Origin: Laetmonice hystrix
Lineage: Eukaryota
Assembly: GCA_965235115.1 (NCBI GenBank)
Contig: OZ249436.1
Coordinates: 25,422,001-25,486,000 of the forward strand
DNA: 64,000 bases
Direction of reading: 5' to 3'
The notes under the pieces are model-generated. The model did no database searches. It was given only the letters and a program-made list of their open reading frames with translations, and was not told where the DNA came from. Both the position numbers and the translations under genes were made by a program. Below, piece by piece: positions 30,001 through 39,448 of this stretch; position 1 is the stretch's first letter, and every line of letters starts with the position of its first letter.

Positions 30001-33000
30001 CATTTTAAAAAGTCACAGAACCCCAATCCGGCCCTAATATGTCACTCCCAGTACCAATACACGCTGGAAGCACCATCAACTGAAATTCAGGCCTAGAACC
30101 CACCTCTCTCTACCAATATCATGCACCTAGTCCGTATACGAGGTTGTAATTTCCTTTAATCAACGGGCTGCGCCGCAGCAACCCACTCTGGTCTTTGCAA
30201 TCTTTTTCAATATGCGTTAACATTTGTGACCAGCTCAACGCGCCTTGTAAAATTTTTCAAAGTGCGTAAAAGTGTGTGTCCACCCCGACACGCTTTCCAA
30301 ACCACTATACCCACCGAGCGACATCCACTCAAATACAGGCTTCGACCGATCCTCACTGTGCCAATAATCCGCCACAAGGCAAATTCAGTCAATGCAAGCT
30401 GGAAAATCGAATGTCAAACCTAATGCTCCCCCCCCCCCAGCACGTTAACTGAAAATAATCAACTAGCTTGAAAACTAGAATATAGCTTTGTTTAGCTAAC
30501 AATCTACTCTCCCAGCGCCATCAACTCGCATACAGGCGTAAAAGCAAACGCACTGCCCCATATAATGCTCCCAGCCTAAAACGATGTTGCAATTAATTTA
30601 AAATTAACAAGATGCACTAGTAATCCGATCCAAGCCTAATTACGTCATTGCTAGTTTCATAACCAAATCTCACAGAAAATACCCCACCCGCGCACATAAC
30701 CTGAAAATATTCAACTTTTATCTCCAATGTATCCCTGTGCACCTAGTAGCACCCAAGCGGGCCCAATTTTGACATTCCAACACAAATACCGCAAATACCC
30801 GCCTAATGGCACAAAAAACTTTCTACCCCGTTGCAAGTCACATTAGCTTGCTGCTTGTCGTAAAAAATGGTGCAGACCATCTCTAAAGTCACAGTACCCC
30901 ACTCCCGGCCTAATATTACGTTTCAGTATCCATATACGCTGCAAGCGGCAGGAACTCGAATACAGGCCTAAAAGTAACCCCAGTCTAGCAATATCATACT
31001 CTCATGCCATATACGAGCTTGTAATTATCTTTAATTAATGGGCTCCGCAGCACCAACCCACTGCATTAACATTTGTTTAACAGCTTAACGCACCTTGTAA
31101 AAAATTTTCAAGTGCGTAAAAATGCGTGTCCACCTCCACATACTTTAAAAATCACTATTTGATTCTCCAGCACGTATAGGATGTTTCAAGTAACATTTAT
31201 CCACGGTCTGGCCCAATAACGTGCAACAAGGCATAGTAAGTCAATGCGAGCTCGCATGTCAAACCTAACCCGCCCCCCAGCACATGAGCTGAAAATATTC
31301 AAATAGCTTGAAAACTAGAATATAGCTTTGCTTAATACCATTATACCATCAACTCGCATTACAGGCCTAATGCGAAGCTCCCAGCCTAAAACGAGTTTCC
31401 AATTAATTTAAAGTTAACAAGATGCACTAATAATCGATTCCAAGCCTAATTAGGCCATTGCTAGTTGGATAACCAAATCTCATACAAAATACACCCTCCC
31501 GGCAGATGACCTGAGAATATTCAACTCTTATGTCCGATATATCCCTGTCCGCTTAGTAGCACCCAGCCGGGCCCCCATTTTGACATTGCAACACCAATAC
31601 AGCAAGTGCCCAGCTAACAGCACAAATAACAGGATTCAGGGCTTCCTACCACGTTACAAGTCACAATAGATTGCTGCCTGTCGTAAAAATATACCAGACC
31701 ATTTTAAAAAGTCACAGAACCCCAATCCGGCCCTAATATGTCACTCCCAGTACCAATACACGCTGGAAGCACCATCAACTGAAATTCAGGCCTAGAACCC
31801 ACCTCTCTCTACCAATATCATGCACCTAGTCCGTATACGAGGTTGTAATTTACTTTAATCAACGGGCTGCGCCGCAGCAACCCACTCTGGTCTTTGCAAT
31901 CTTTTTCGATATGCGTTAACATTTGTAACCAGCTCAACGCGCCTTGTAAAATTTTTCAAAGTGCGTAAAAGTGTGTGTCCACCCCGACACGCTTTCCAAA
32001 CCACTATACCCACCGAGCGACATCCACTCAAATACAGGCTTCGACCGATCCTCACTGTGCCAATAATCCGCCACAAGGCAAATTCAGTCAATGCAAGCTG
32101 GAAAATCGAATGTCAAACCTAATGCTCCCCCCCCCAGCACGTTAACTGAAAATAATCAACTAGCTTGAAAACTAGAATATAGCTTTGTTAAGCTAACAAT
32201 CTACTCTCCCAGCGCCATCAACTCGCATACAGGCGTAAAAGCAAACGCACTGCCCCATATAATGCTCCCAGCCTAAAACGATGTTGCAATTAATTTAAAA
32301 TTAACAAGATGCACTAGTAATCCGATCCAAGCCTAATTACGTCATTGCTAGTTTCATAACCAAATCTCACAGAAAATACCCCACCCGCGCACATAACCTG
32401 AAAATATTCAACTTTTATCTCCAATGTATCCCTGTGCACCTAGTAGCACCCAAGCGGGCCCAATTTTGACATTCCAACACAAATACCGCAAATACCCGCC
32501 TAATGGCACAAAAAACTTTCTACCCCGTTGCAAGTCACATTAGCTTGCTGCTTGTCGTAAAAAATGGTGCAGACCATTTCTAAAGTCACAGTACCCCACT
32601 CCCGGCCTAATATTACGTTTCAGTATCCATATACGCTGCAAGCGGCAGGAACTCGAATACAGGCCTAAAAGTAACCCCAGTCTAGCAATATCATACTCTC
32701 ATGCCATATACCAGCTTGTAATTATCTTTAATTAATGGGCTCCGCAGCACCAACCCACTGCATTAACATTTGTTTAACAGCTTAACGCACCTTGTAAAAA
32801 ATTTTCAAGTGCGTAAAAATGCGTGTCCACCTCCACATACTTTAAAAATCACTATACCCACCCAGCGACATTCACTCTAATACACGCCTAAGAGGAACTT
32901 CACTGTCCCATTTGATTCTCCAGCACGTATAGGATGTTTCAAGTAACATTTATCCACGGTCTGGCCCAATAACGTGCAACAAGGCATAGTAAGTCAATGC

Positions 33001-35717
33001 GAGCTCGCATGTCAAACCTAACCCGCCCCCCAGCACATGAGCTGGAGATATTCAAATAGCTTGAAAACTAGAATATAGCTTTGCTTAATACCATTATACC
33101 ATCAACTCGCATTACAGGCCTAATGCGAAGCTCCCAGCCTAAAACGAGTTTCCAATTAATTTAAAGTTAACAAGATGCACTAATAATCGATTCCAAGCCT
33201 AATTAGGCCATTGCTAGTTGGATAACCAAATCTCATACAAAATACACCCTCCCGGCAGATGACCTGAGAATATTCAACTCTTATGTCCGATATATCCCTG
33301 TCCGCTTAGTAGCACCCAGCCGGGCCCCCATTTTGACATTGCAACACCAATACAGCAAGTGCCCAGCTAAGAGCACAAATAACAGGATTCAGGGCTTCCT
33401 ACCACGTTACAAGTCACAATAGATTGCTGCCTGTCGTAAAAATATACCAGACCATTTTAAAAAGTCACAGAACCCCAATCCGGCCCTAATATGTCACTCC
33501 CAGTACCAATACACTCTGGAAGCACCATCAACTGAAATTCAGGCCTAGAACCCACCTCTCTCTACCAATATCATGCACCTAGTCCGTATACGAGGTTGTA
33601 ATTTCCTTTAATCAACGGGCTGCGCCGCAGCAACCCACTCTGGTCTTTGCAATCTTTTTCAATATGCGTTAACATTTGTGACCAGCTCAACGCGCCTTGT
33701 AAAATCTTTCAAAGTGCGTAAAAGTGTGTGTCCACCCCGACACGCTTTCCAAACCACTATACCCACCGAGCGACATCCACTCAAATACAGGCTTCGACCG
33801 ATCCTCACTGTGCCAATAATCCGCCACAAGGCAAATTCAGTCAATGCAAGCTGGAAAATCGAATGTCAAACCTAATGCTCCCCCCCCCAGCACGTTAACT
33901 GAAAATAATCAACTAGCTTGAAAACTAGAATATAGCTTTGTTTAGCTAACAATCTACTCTCCCAGCGCCATCAACTCGCATACAGGCGTAAAAGCAAACG
34001 CACTGCCCCATATAATGCTCCCAGCCTAAAACGATGTTGCAATTAATTTAAAATTAACAAGATGCACTAGTAATCCGATCCAAGCCTAATTACGTCATTG
34101 CTAGTTTCATAACCAAATCTCACAGAAAATACCCCACCCGCGCACATAACCTGAAAATATTCAACTTTTATCTCCAATGTATCCCTGTGCACCTAGTAGC
34201 ACCCAAGCGGGCCCAATTTTGACATTCCAACACAAATACCGCAAATACCCGCCTAATGGCACAAAAAACTTTCTACCCCGTTGCAAGTCACATTAGCTTG
34301 CTGCTTGTCGTAAAAAATGGTGCAGACCATTTCTAAAGTCACAGTACCGCACTCCCGGCCTAATATTACGTTTCAGTATCCATATACGCTGCAAGCGGCA
34401 GGAACTCGAATACAGGCCTAAAAGTAACCCCAGTCTAGCAATATCATACTCTCATGCCATATACGAGCTTGTAATTATCTTTAATTAATGGGCTCCGCAG
34501 CACCAACCCACTGCATTAACATTTGTTTAACAGCTTAACGCACCTTGTAAAAAATTTTGAAGTGCGTAAAAATGCGTGTCCACCTCCACATACTTTAAAA
34601 ATCACTATTTGATTCTCCAGCACGTATAGGATGTTTCAAGTAACATTTATCCACGGTCTGGCCCAATAACGTGCAACAAGGCATAGTAAGTCAATGCGAG
34701 CTCGCATGTCAAACCTAACCCGCCCCCCAGCACATGAGCTGAAAATATTCAAATAGCTTGGAAAAACTAGAATATAGCTTTGCTTAATACCATTATACCA
34801 TCAACTCGCATTACAGGCCTAATGCGAAGCTCCCAGCCTAAAACGAGTTTCCAATTAATTTAAAGTTAACAAGATGCACTAATAATCGATTCCAAGCCTA
34901 ATTAGGCCATTGCTAGTTGGATAACCAAATCTCATACAAAATACACCCTCCCGGCAGATGACCTGAGAATATTCAACTCTTATGTCCGATATATCCCTGT
35001 CCGCTTAGTAGCACCCAGCCGGGCCCCCATTTTGACATTGCAACACCAATACAGCAAGTGCCCAGCTAACAGCACAAATAACAGGATTCAGGGCTTCCTA
35101 CCACGTTACAAGTCACAATAGATTGCTGCCTGTCGTAAAAATATACCAGACCATTTTAAAAAGTCACAGAACCCCAATCCGGCCCTAATATGTCACTCCC
35201 AGTACCAATACACGCTGGAAGCACCATCAACTGAAATTCAGGCCTAGAACCCACCTCTCTCTACCAATATCATGCACCTAGTCCGTATACGAGGTTGTAA
35301 TTTACTTTAATCAACGGGCTGCGCCGCAGCAACCCACTCTGGTCTTTGCAATCTTTTTCAATATGCGTTAACATTTGTAACCAGCTCAACGCGCCTTGTA
35401 AAATTTTTCAAAGTGCGTAAAAATGTGTGTCCACCCCGACACGCTTTCCAAACCACTATACCCACCGAGCGACATCCACTCAAATACAGGCTTCGACCGA
35501 TCCTCACTGTGCCAATAATCCGCCACAAGGCAAATTCAGTCAATGCAAGCTGGAAAATCGAATGTCAAACCTAATGCTCCCCCCCCCCAGCACGTTAACT
35601 GAAAATAATCAACTAGCTTGAAAACTAGAATATAGCTTTGTTAAGCTAACAATCTACTCTCCCAGCGCCATCAACTCGCATACAGGCGTAAAAGCAAACG
35701 CACTGCCCCATATAATG
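1..35717. repeat. ~1.75-kb satellite tandem array, left segment (monomers 1-21)
   Basis: The motif ggcatagtaagtcaatgcg recurs at about 1, 1697, 3451, 5147, 6901, 8653, 10408, 12164, 13863, 15617, 17372, 19125, 20879, 22633, 24386, 26137, 27778, 29531, 31230, 32983 and 34680. Copies differ only by scattered SNPs, poly-C length and a few deletions. Confidence 0.98.
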
Positions 35718-35945
35718 AATGAGACTGAGACCGAATTCGTTTGGACTAAAAATGTTTTATTACGACATTATAAGACACAGATAAAATAATAAAAGAAATG
35801 TTGGTATATATGATAAGAGGGGTAATAAAACATTGATGAGGGTTTTCGTGGGAAATATATTTTTAAAGAGAGGGTTGTTTAGTGGAGTGAGTTTAATGGT
35901 TAGTAAGATCGTTTGAGATTTCAGTTTCTTTATTCTTAATGGCCA
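35718..35945 (-). repeat. Split direct repeat B2 (228 bp, 3' terminus of the YR element)
   Basis: Matches 36152-36379 with one visible mismatch (gatgagggtt vs gatgagagtt). Confidence 0.93.
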
Positions 35946-35994
35946 GTGGGAGGGATTTAGGGTAATGAAAGGTTAATATGGGATGGGTGGGAGG

Positions 35995-36151
35995 GTAAAA
36001 GACGTGTGTGTCGGAGTGTGGCGGAGAGGAAAGTGACCGAGTGAGAGTCGGGGAAGGTGAAGGAAAGTTGGGGCCGGAAGTGACGTATAGATTGCGGATA
36101 TTCAAGTCTCAGACCATTCATTATGCGCAATGAAATACATTACGGACAATG
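35995..36151 (-). repeat. Split direct repeat A2 (157 bp, internal)
   Basis: Identical by eye to 39292-39448. It abuts B1 through AATG at 36148-36151. Confidence 0.93.
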
Positions 36152-36379
36152 AATGAGACTGAGACCGAATTCGTTTGGACTAAAAATGTTTTATTACGAC
36201 ATTATAAGACACAGATAAAATAATAAAAGAAATGTTGGTATATATGATAAGAGGGGTAATAAAACATTGATGAGAGTTTTCGTGGGAAATATATTTTTAA
36301 AGAGAGGGTTGTTTAGTGGAGTGAGTTTAATGGTTAGTAAGATCGTTTGAGATTTCAGTTTCTTTATTCTTAATGGCCA
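36152..36379 (-). repeat. Split direct repeat B1 (228 bp, internal)
   Basis: Copy of 35718-35945. On the minus strand it begins at the (duplicated) YR stop codon, followed by AATAAA. Confidence 0.93.
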
Positions 36380-36679
36380 AACATTGAAGTAAAAGCATCG
36401 GGGACTGCAGTGTAGAGCTTCTTGGGAACGTAGGCATTAATAGCTGCCGATGACCACGTCCCGTGGCGCATTATGTCCGCCTGCGGCACACCGACCCGGG
36501 CGCAAGCCTGGGCGCCACAGTTTCTTTATTCTTAATGGCCAAACATTGAAGTAAAAGCATCGGGGACTGCAGTGTAGAGCTTCTTGGGAACGTAGGCATT
36601 AATAGCCGCCGATGACCACGTCCCGTGGCGCATTATGTCCGCCTGCGGCACACCGACCCGGGCGCAAGCCTGGGCGCCA
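36356..36679. repeat. 162-bp tandem duplication of the YR 3' end, stop codon and AATAAA
   Basis: 36356-36517 matches 36518-36679 with one visible mismatch (tagctgccg vs tagccgccg). Confidence 0.92.
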
Positions 36680-37668
36680 GACCGGCGGAGTGAGTGGACC
36701 GTCGCTGAGTTCGCTGCCGGATGCCCCAGAACGAGTAGGATGGCCCGGAGGTATGTCTCCAACCTTGTCGGGGTCAGCGGAGTAGATGGATCCAGCATGA
36801 AGGCCGAGCTATCGGCTGATAAAGGAACATCTCGTATATAGCGTCTCCACGCCAGGACCGGGCAATATCTTGAACCCACATATGGGACAGGGATCGCCAC
36901 CCTGTCCGCTGGATCGGAGATCGTTTTGGACGAATTGACGGTGAGCCATATGCGATCGCCTGCGTCAGAGACGTCCCCCCGAGTAAGCGTGTGCGGCGTG
37001 GGGCCAGAAGGCCCAGGGAGTAAGTTGGACTGTCGGAGCAAGGAGCAGAAACCCATAAGAAGTACGGCCCGGGCTGTTAAAGCGTGTCCGCCCAAAGTTT
37101 CTAATATATCACAGACATCTTTAATGTCCTGATAAGATAGGGCTGGTGCCCGGCGCGGTACATGAGACGATAGTCGTGCGACTCCTTTGATCATGGTTGC
37201 AATGTCTGGAGCCGTAAAGTTTGTGACGTCGCCCCCGGATCCAGCGACGTACGTTTTTGCCCCTGAGAGATAGTTTTTTATTGTAGCCGTGCTTTTAAAA
37301 CTGTATAATTCGGATGTGAAAATACAGTCTAGCTCCACAGGTATAAGGCGAGAAAGACCGTACTGTGACACGAGGGCCTCCGCAGTGTCGGCATATGCTT
37401 TGCTTAAATGGTAGCGACTGAGTGCGTCCGCCAGAACTAAGTCGACCCCCGGCTGGTGATATACCATTATTTCAAGCTGATTCGTGGCTGCGACCATCCA
37501 TAGCTCACGTGCGCATGCGGCGAGTACGGGGTCCTTTGTTTTTCCTGTGTTCAGCGCATACATTGCGGCCATATTGTCCGTTTTTACCCTGACCGTGTGA
37601 GCTACCAGGCGTTGAGGAACGAGAGTTTTAACTGCCATTACAACGTTTATAGCTTCGGTAAGGTACAT
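36532..37668 (-). CDS. Partial DIRS-type RNase H fused in frame to a tyrosine recombinase (378 aa)
   Basis: The N-terminal part has EAINVV..VKTDNMAA..ARELW..HQPG..LADALSR, the C-terminal motifs of DIRS-type RNase H. The C-terminal part has LLRQSNL (R), SSKT (K), CPV, HSLRR (H-x-x-R), GTWSS (W) and NAY (Y), a full YR catalytic set. Confidence 0.9.
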   Translation of the reverse strand: MYLTEAINVVMAVKTLVPQRLVAHTVRVKTDNMAAMYALNTGKTKDPVLAACARELWMVAATNQLEIMVYHQPGVDLVLADALSRYHLSKAYADTAEALVSQYGLSRLIPVELDCIFTSELYSFKSTATIKNYLSGAKTYVAGSGGDVTNFTAPDIATMIKGVARLSSHVPRRAPALSYQDIKDVCDILETLGGHALTARAVLLMGFCSLLRQSNLLPGPSGPTPHTLTRGDVSDAGDRIWLTVNSSKTISDPADRVAIPVPYVGSRYCPVLAWRRYIRDVPLSADSSAFMLDPSTPLTPTRLETYLRAILLVLGHPAANSATVHSLRRSGAQACARVGVPQADIMRHGTWSSAAINAYVPKKLYTAVPDAFTSMFGH

Positions 37669-38050
37669 TAGGAACGATTTCGGAGTCGATGTGCGGTTTA
37701 GTTTGAGTAGATCGGGGTGTAAGGTGAACTGTGCCCAGTGTGGTGGCGGCTGCGGTGTGGGATCCCTGAGGGATACAGAGCCCCGTCTTCAGAGGTTCGG
37801 TGAAAGGTTCGTTCAGTGTGCCAGTATTCAGGGTTGCTGTGGAATGGTACGGAGAAATTACAGTGTGGGGCCCTTGAGGGATACAGAGCCCCGTCTTCAG
37901 AGGTTCGGTGAGAGGTTCGTTCAGTGTACAAGTATTCAGGGTTGCTGTAGAGTGGTACGGAGAAATTACAGTGCGGGGCAGAGTCTCGGAGACGGTCGGA
38001 GTGGTGGAGCGACAATGGTTTTCTGGGCGAGTATCGGACTCCCCAGTCAA
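37669..38050 (-). pseudogene. Probable N-terminal remnant of the pol ORF (RT domain missing)
   Basis: An open Thr/Pro-rich frame starts at the gag stop, which is the pol position in DIRS/Ngaro elements. It has no RT motifs (no Y-x-DD) and is out of frame with the RNase H part. Confidence 0.5.
37766..37975. repeat. 108-bp tandem duplication (36-aa repeat)
   Basis: ggatacagagccccgtcttcagagg occurs at 37771 and 37879. It translates as TVISPYHSTATLNT..LNEP.TEPLKTGLCIPQG twice. Confidence 0.92.
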
Positions 38051-39285
38051 TTCGGAAACCCCAATGAGGATGGTTGGTTGTCCTGCCTATCGAATGTTTT
38101 TGAACGGCATACGTTAAGAGAGTGAGGAAGGAACAAACACTTTTTCAAGAGGCAGAATTCGCATACGTGGAGTTGACGGTATCCATTCGCAACGTGGTGT
38201 GAGTGTTGGATGCATGTTCCTCGCTGATACGCACGACAAGGTGGTGCAGGCTTGGCAGATTTAAGAAAGTCTGGTATGTCGACGCTAACGGTCGTATTGT
38301 TATCGTTCTGTTGCGGTGTGGAGTTTTGTGTCCCCATGTGTGATAGGCGAGTCTGAAGGCGGTCAATTTCATATGTGTTAGACCATGAGAGCTTCTTGTC
38401 GAAAATCTGCGCGCACACCTCTTCCGACCAGGCCCTGACTGATAGCCAGTCATATGTCCTGGCGTCATTAACAACTTGCTCAATATGTCTGTTCATAAGA
38501 TTTACAGTTTCATTGTCCTGGACAAGCCTCGTCATTTGAGTGAAACCCCATACATATTCGGCGATAGTGCACTCTGCAAGTTCGAGTTTGACATGCTTTG
38601 GTCCCCGCGTCACAAACTGGTGTGGAAATGCTCCAGACTGCTTACCTTTTCCAGCTGTAGGGAATGGGGACACTACGGCGTGGAGAGCGTCAGCCACGCG
38701 ACGTGCTAATATTGGGTCCGCCTCGAGCTGTGCTACGGTGGTTGGCGGGTTCCCCGCGCGCTCGTGGTGCGTTGTGGGTCTGCTGGGGTGGGACTTGGGT
38801 GGCGAGGAATGACGGGCAACCAGCGTCCTATCGTCTGCCCCCAGGCCGGTGAACCTTTCCGGTAGTGAAAGTGCCTGAGGGGCGTGGGCGGTCCTGTCGG
38901 CTGTTTCGCAGTGTCGGTGGTCAGCCGGCGGGGTGCTTGGTATGTCGGGCTGGCGGGAGTTGGTGACCCGTTGGCCTTGTACTGTTCCTCCAAGTTCAGA
39001 CGAGGCGTCGGCGGGTTCCAGTCGGGGTGGTGGGGTAGTATGACGAGCTTCTGGAGTGGTGTGGTCAGGCGGTGGTAGTTGGCCGCTTAGTCGAGTGAGA
39101 AGTTCTGTAATGTTTGTTAGCTTACTTTCAATATTGTTAACTCTGTGGCTGACTTGTCCAATTGCGTCGGCATTACTTGCGACGGTTGTTCGACGCTGAG
39201 CCCGAGGGGTCTGCGGCTGGCTTTCCTCGTCGGTTTCTTCGAGTGGTGTGTGTCGCCGTGTTATCGTTTTCTTTGTGCGCCCCAT
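38047..39285 (-). CDS. Gag-like protein of the YR retroelement (412 aa from the ATG at 39285)
   Basis: The first ATG lies just downstream of A1. The protein has a coiled-coil-like segment (VSHRVNNIESKLTNITELLTRL), a Pro/Thr-rich linker, a helical YDWLSVRAW..LSW region and a C-terminal Cys/His cluster (CRAYQRGTC...HVCEFC...HSLNVC). Confidence 0.82.
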   Translation of the reverse strand: MGRTKKTITRRHTPLEETDEESQPQTPRAQRRTTVASNADAIGQVSHRVNNIESKLTNITELLTRLSGQLPPPDHTTPEARHTTPPPRLEPADASSELGGTVQGQRVTNSRQPDIPSTPPADHRHCETADRTAHAPQALSLPERFTGLGADDRTLVARHSSPPKSHPSRPTTHHERAGNPPTTVAQLEADPILARRVADALHAVVSPFPTAGKGKQSGAFPHQFVTRGPKHVKLELAECTIAEYVWGFTQMTRLVQDNETVNLMNRHIEQVVNDARTYDWLSVRAWSEEVCAQIFDKKLSWSNTYEIDRLQTRLSHMGTQNSTPQQNDNNTTVSVDIPDFLKSAKPAPPCRAYQRGTCIQHSHHVANGYRQLHVCEFCLLKKCLFLPHSLNVCRSKTFDRQDNQPSSLGFPN

Positions 39286-39291
39286 TGCAGT

Positions 39292-39448
39292 GTAAAAGAC
39301 GTGTGTGTCGGAGTGTGGCGGAGAGGAAAGTGACCGAGTGAGAGTCGGGGAAGGTGAAGGAAAGTTGGGGCCGGAAGTGACGTATAGATTGCGGATATTC
39401 AAGTCTCAGACCATTCATTATGCGCAATGAAATACATTACGGACAATG
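39292..39448 (-). repeat. Split direct repeat A1 (157 bp, 5' terminus of the YR element)
   Basis: Identical by eye to 35995-36151. It ends at AATG 39445-39448, after which the satellite resumes. Confidence 0.93.
39371..39383. promoter_or_regulatory. Overlapping ETS/CRE-like motif CCGGAAGTGACGT in repeat A (second copy at 36074-36086), candidate internal promoter element
   Basis: Motif match about 90 bp upstream of the gag ATG. Function is inferred only. Confidence 0.4.

Larger units (their letters stand above)
35718..39448 (-). mobile_element. Tyrosine-recombinase retrotransposon (DIRS order, Ngaro/PAT-like split direct repeats), RT-less deletion derivative
   Basis: Minus-strand order is A1 (39292-39448), Gag-like ORF, RNase H/YR ORF, B1 (36152-36379), A2 (35995-36151), 49-bp spacer, B2 (35718-35945). 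It interrupts the satellite at tatAATG|ctccc, with AATG at both junctions. Confidence 0.92.

Noticed and set aside
35893..36105. 70-aa ORF, and the first 39 codons of the 451-aa gag call
   Set aside because: Both are translations of repeat A from a non-ATG codon. The first ATG of gag is at 39285.
36532..37668. Phage integrase/prophage or Crypton DNA transposon
   Set aside because: The YR is accompanied by DIRS-type RNase H motifs, a Gag-like ORF and split direct repeats, which identify a YR retroelement.
36635..39427. Short antisense and alternate-frame ORFs within the YR element
   Set aside because: They are shadow frames of GC-rich coding sequence with no motifs.
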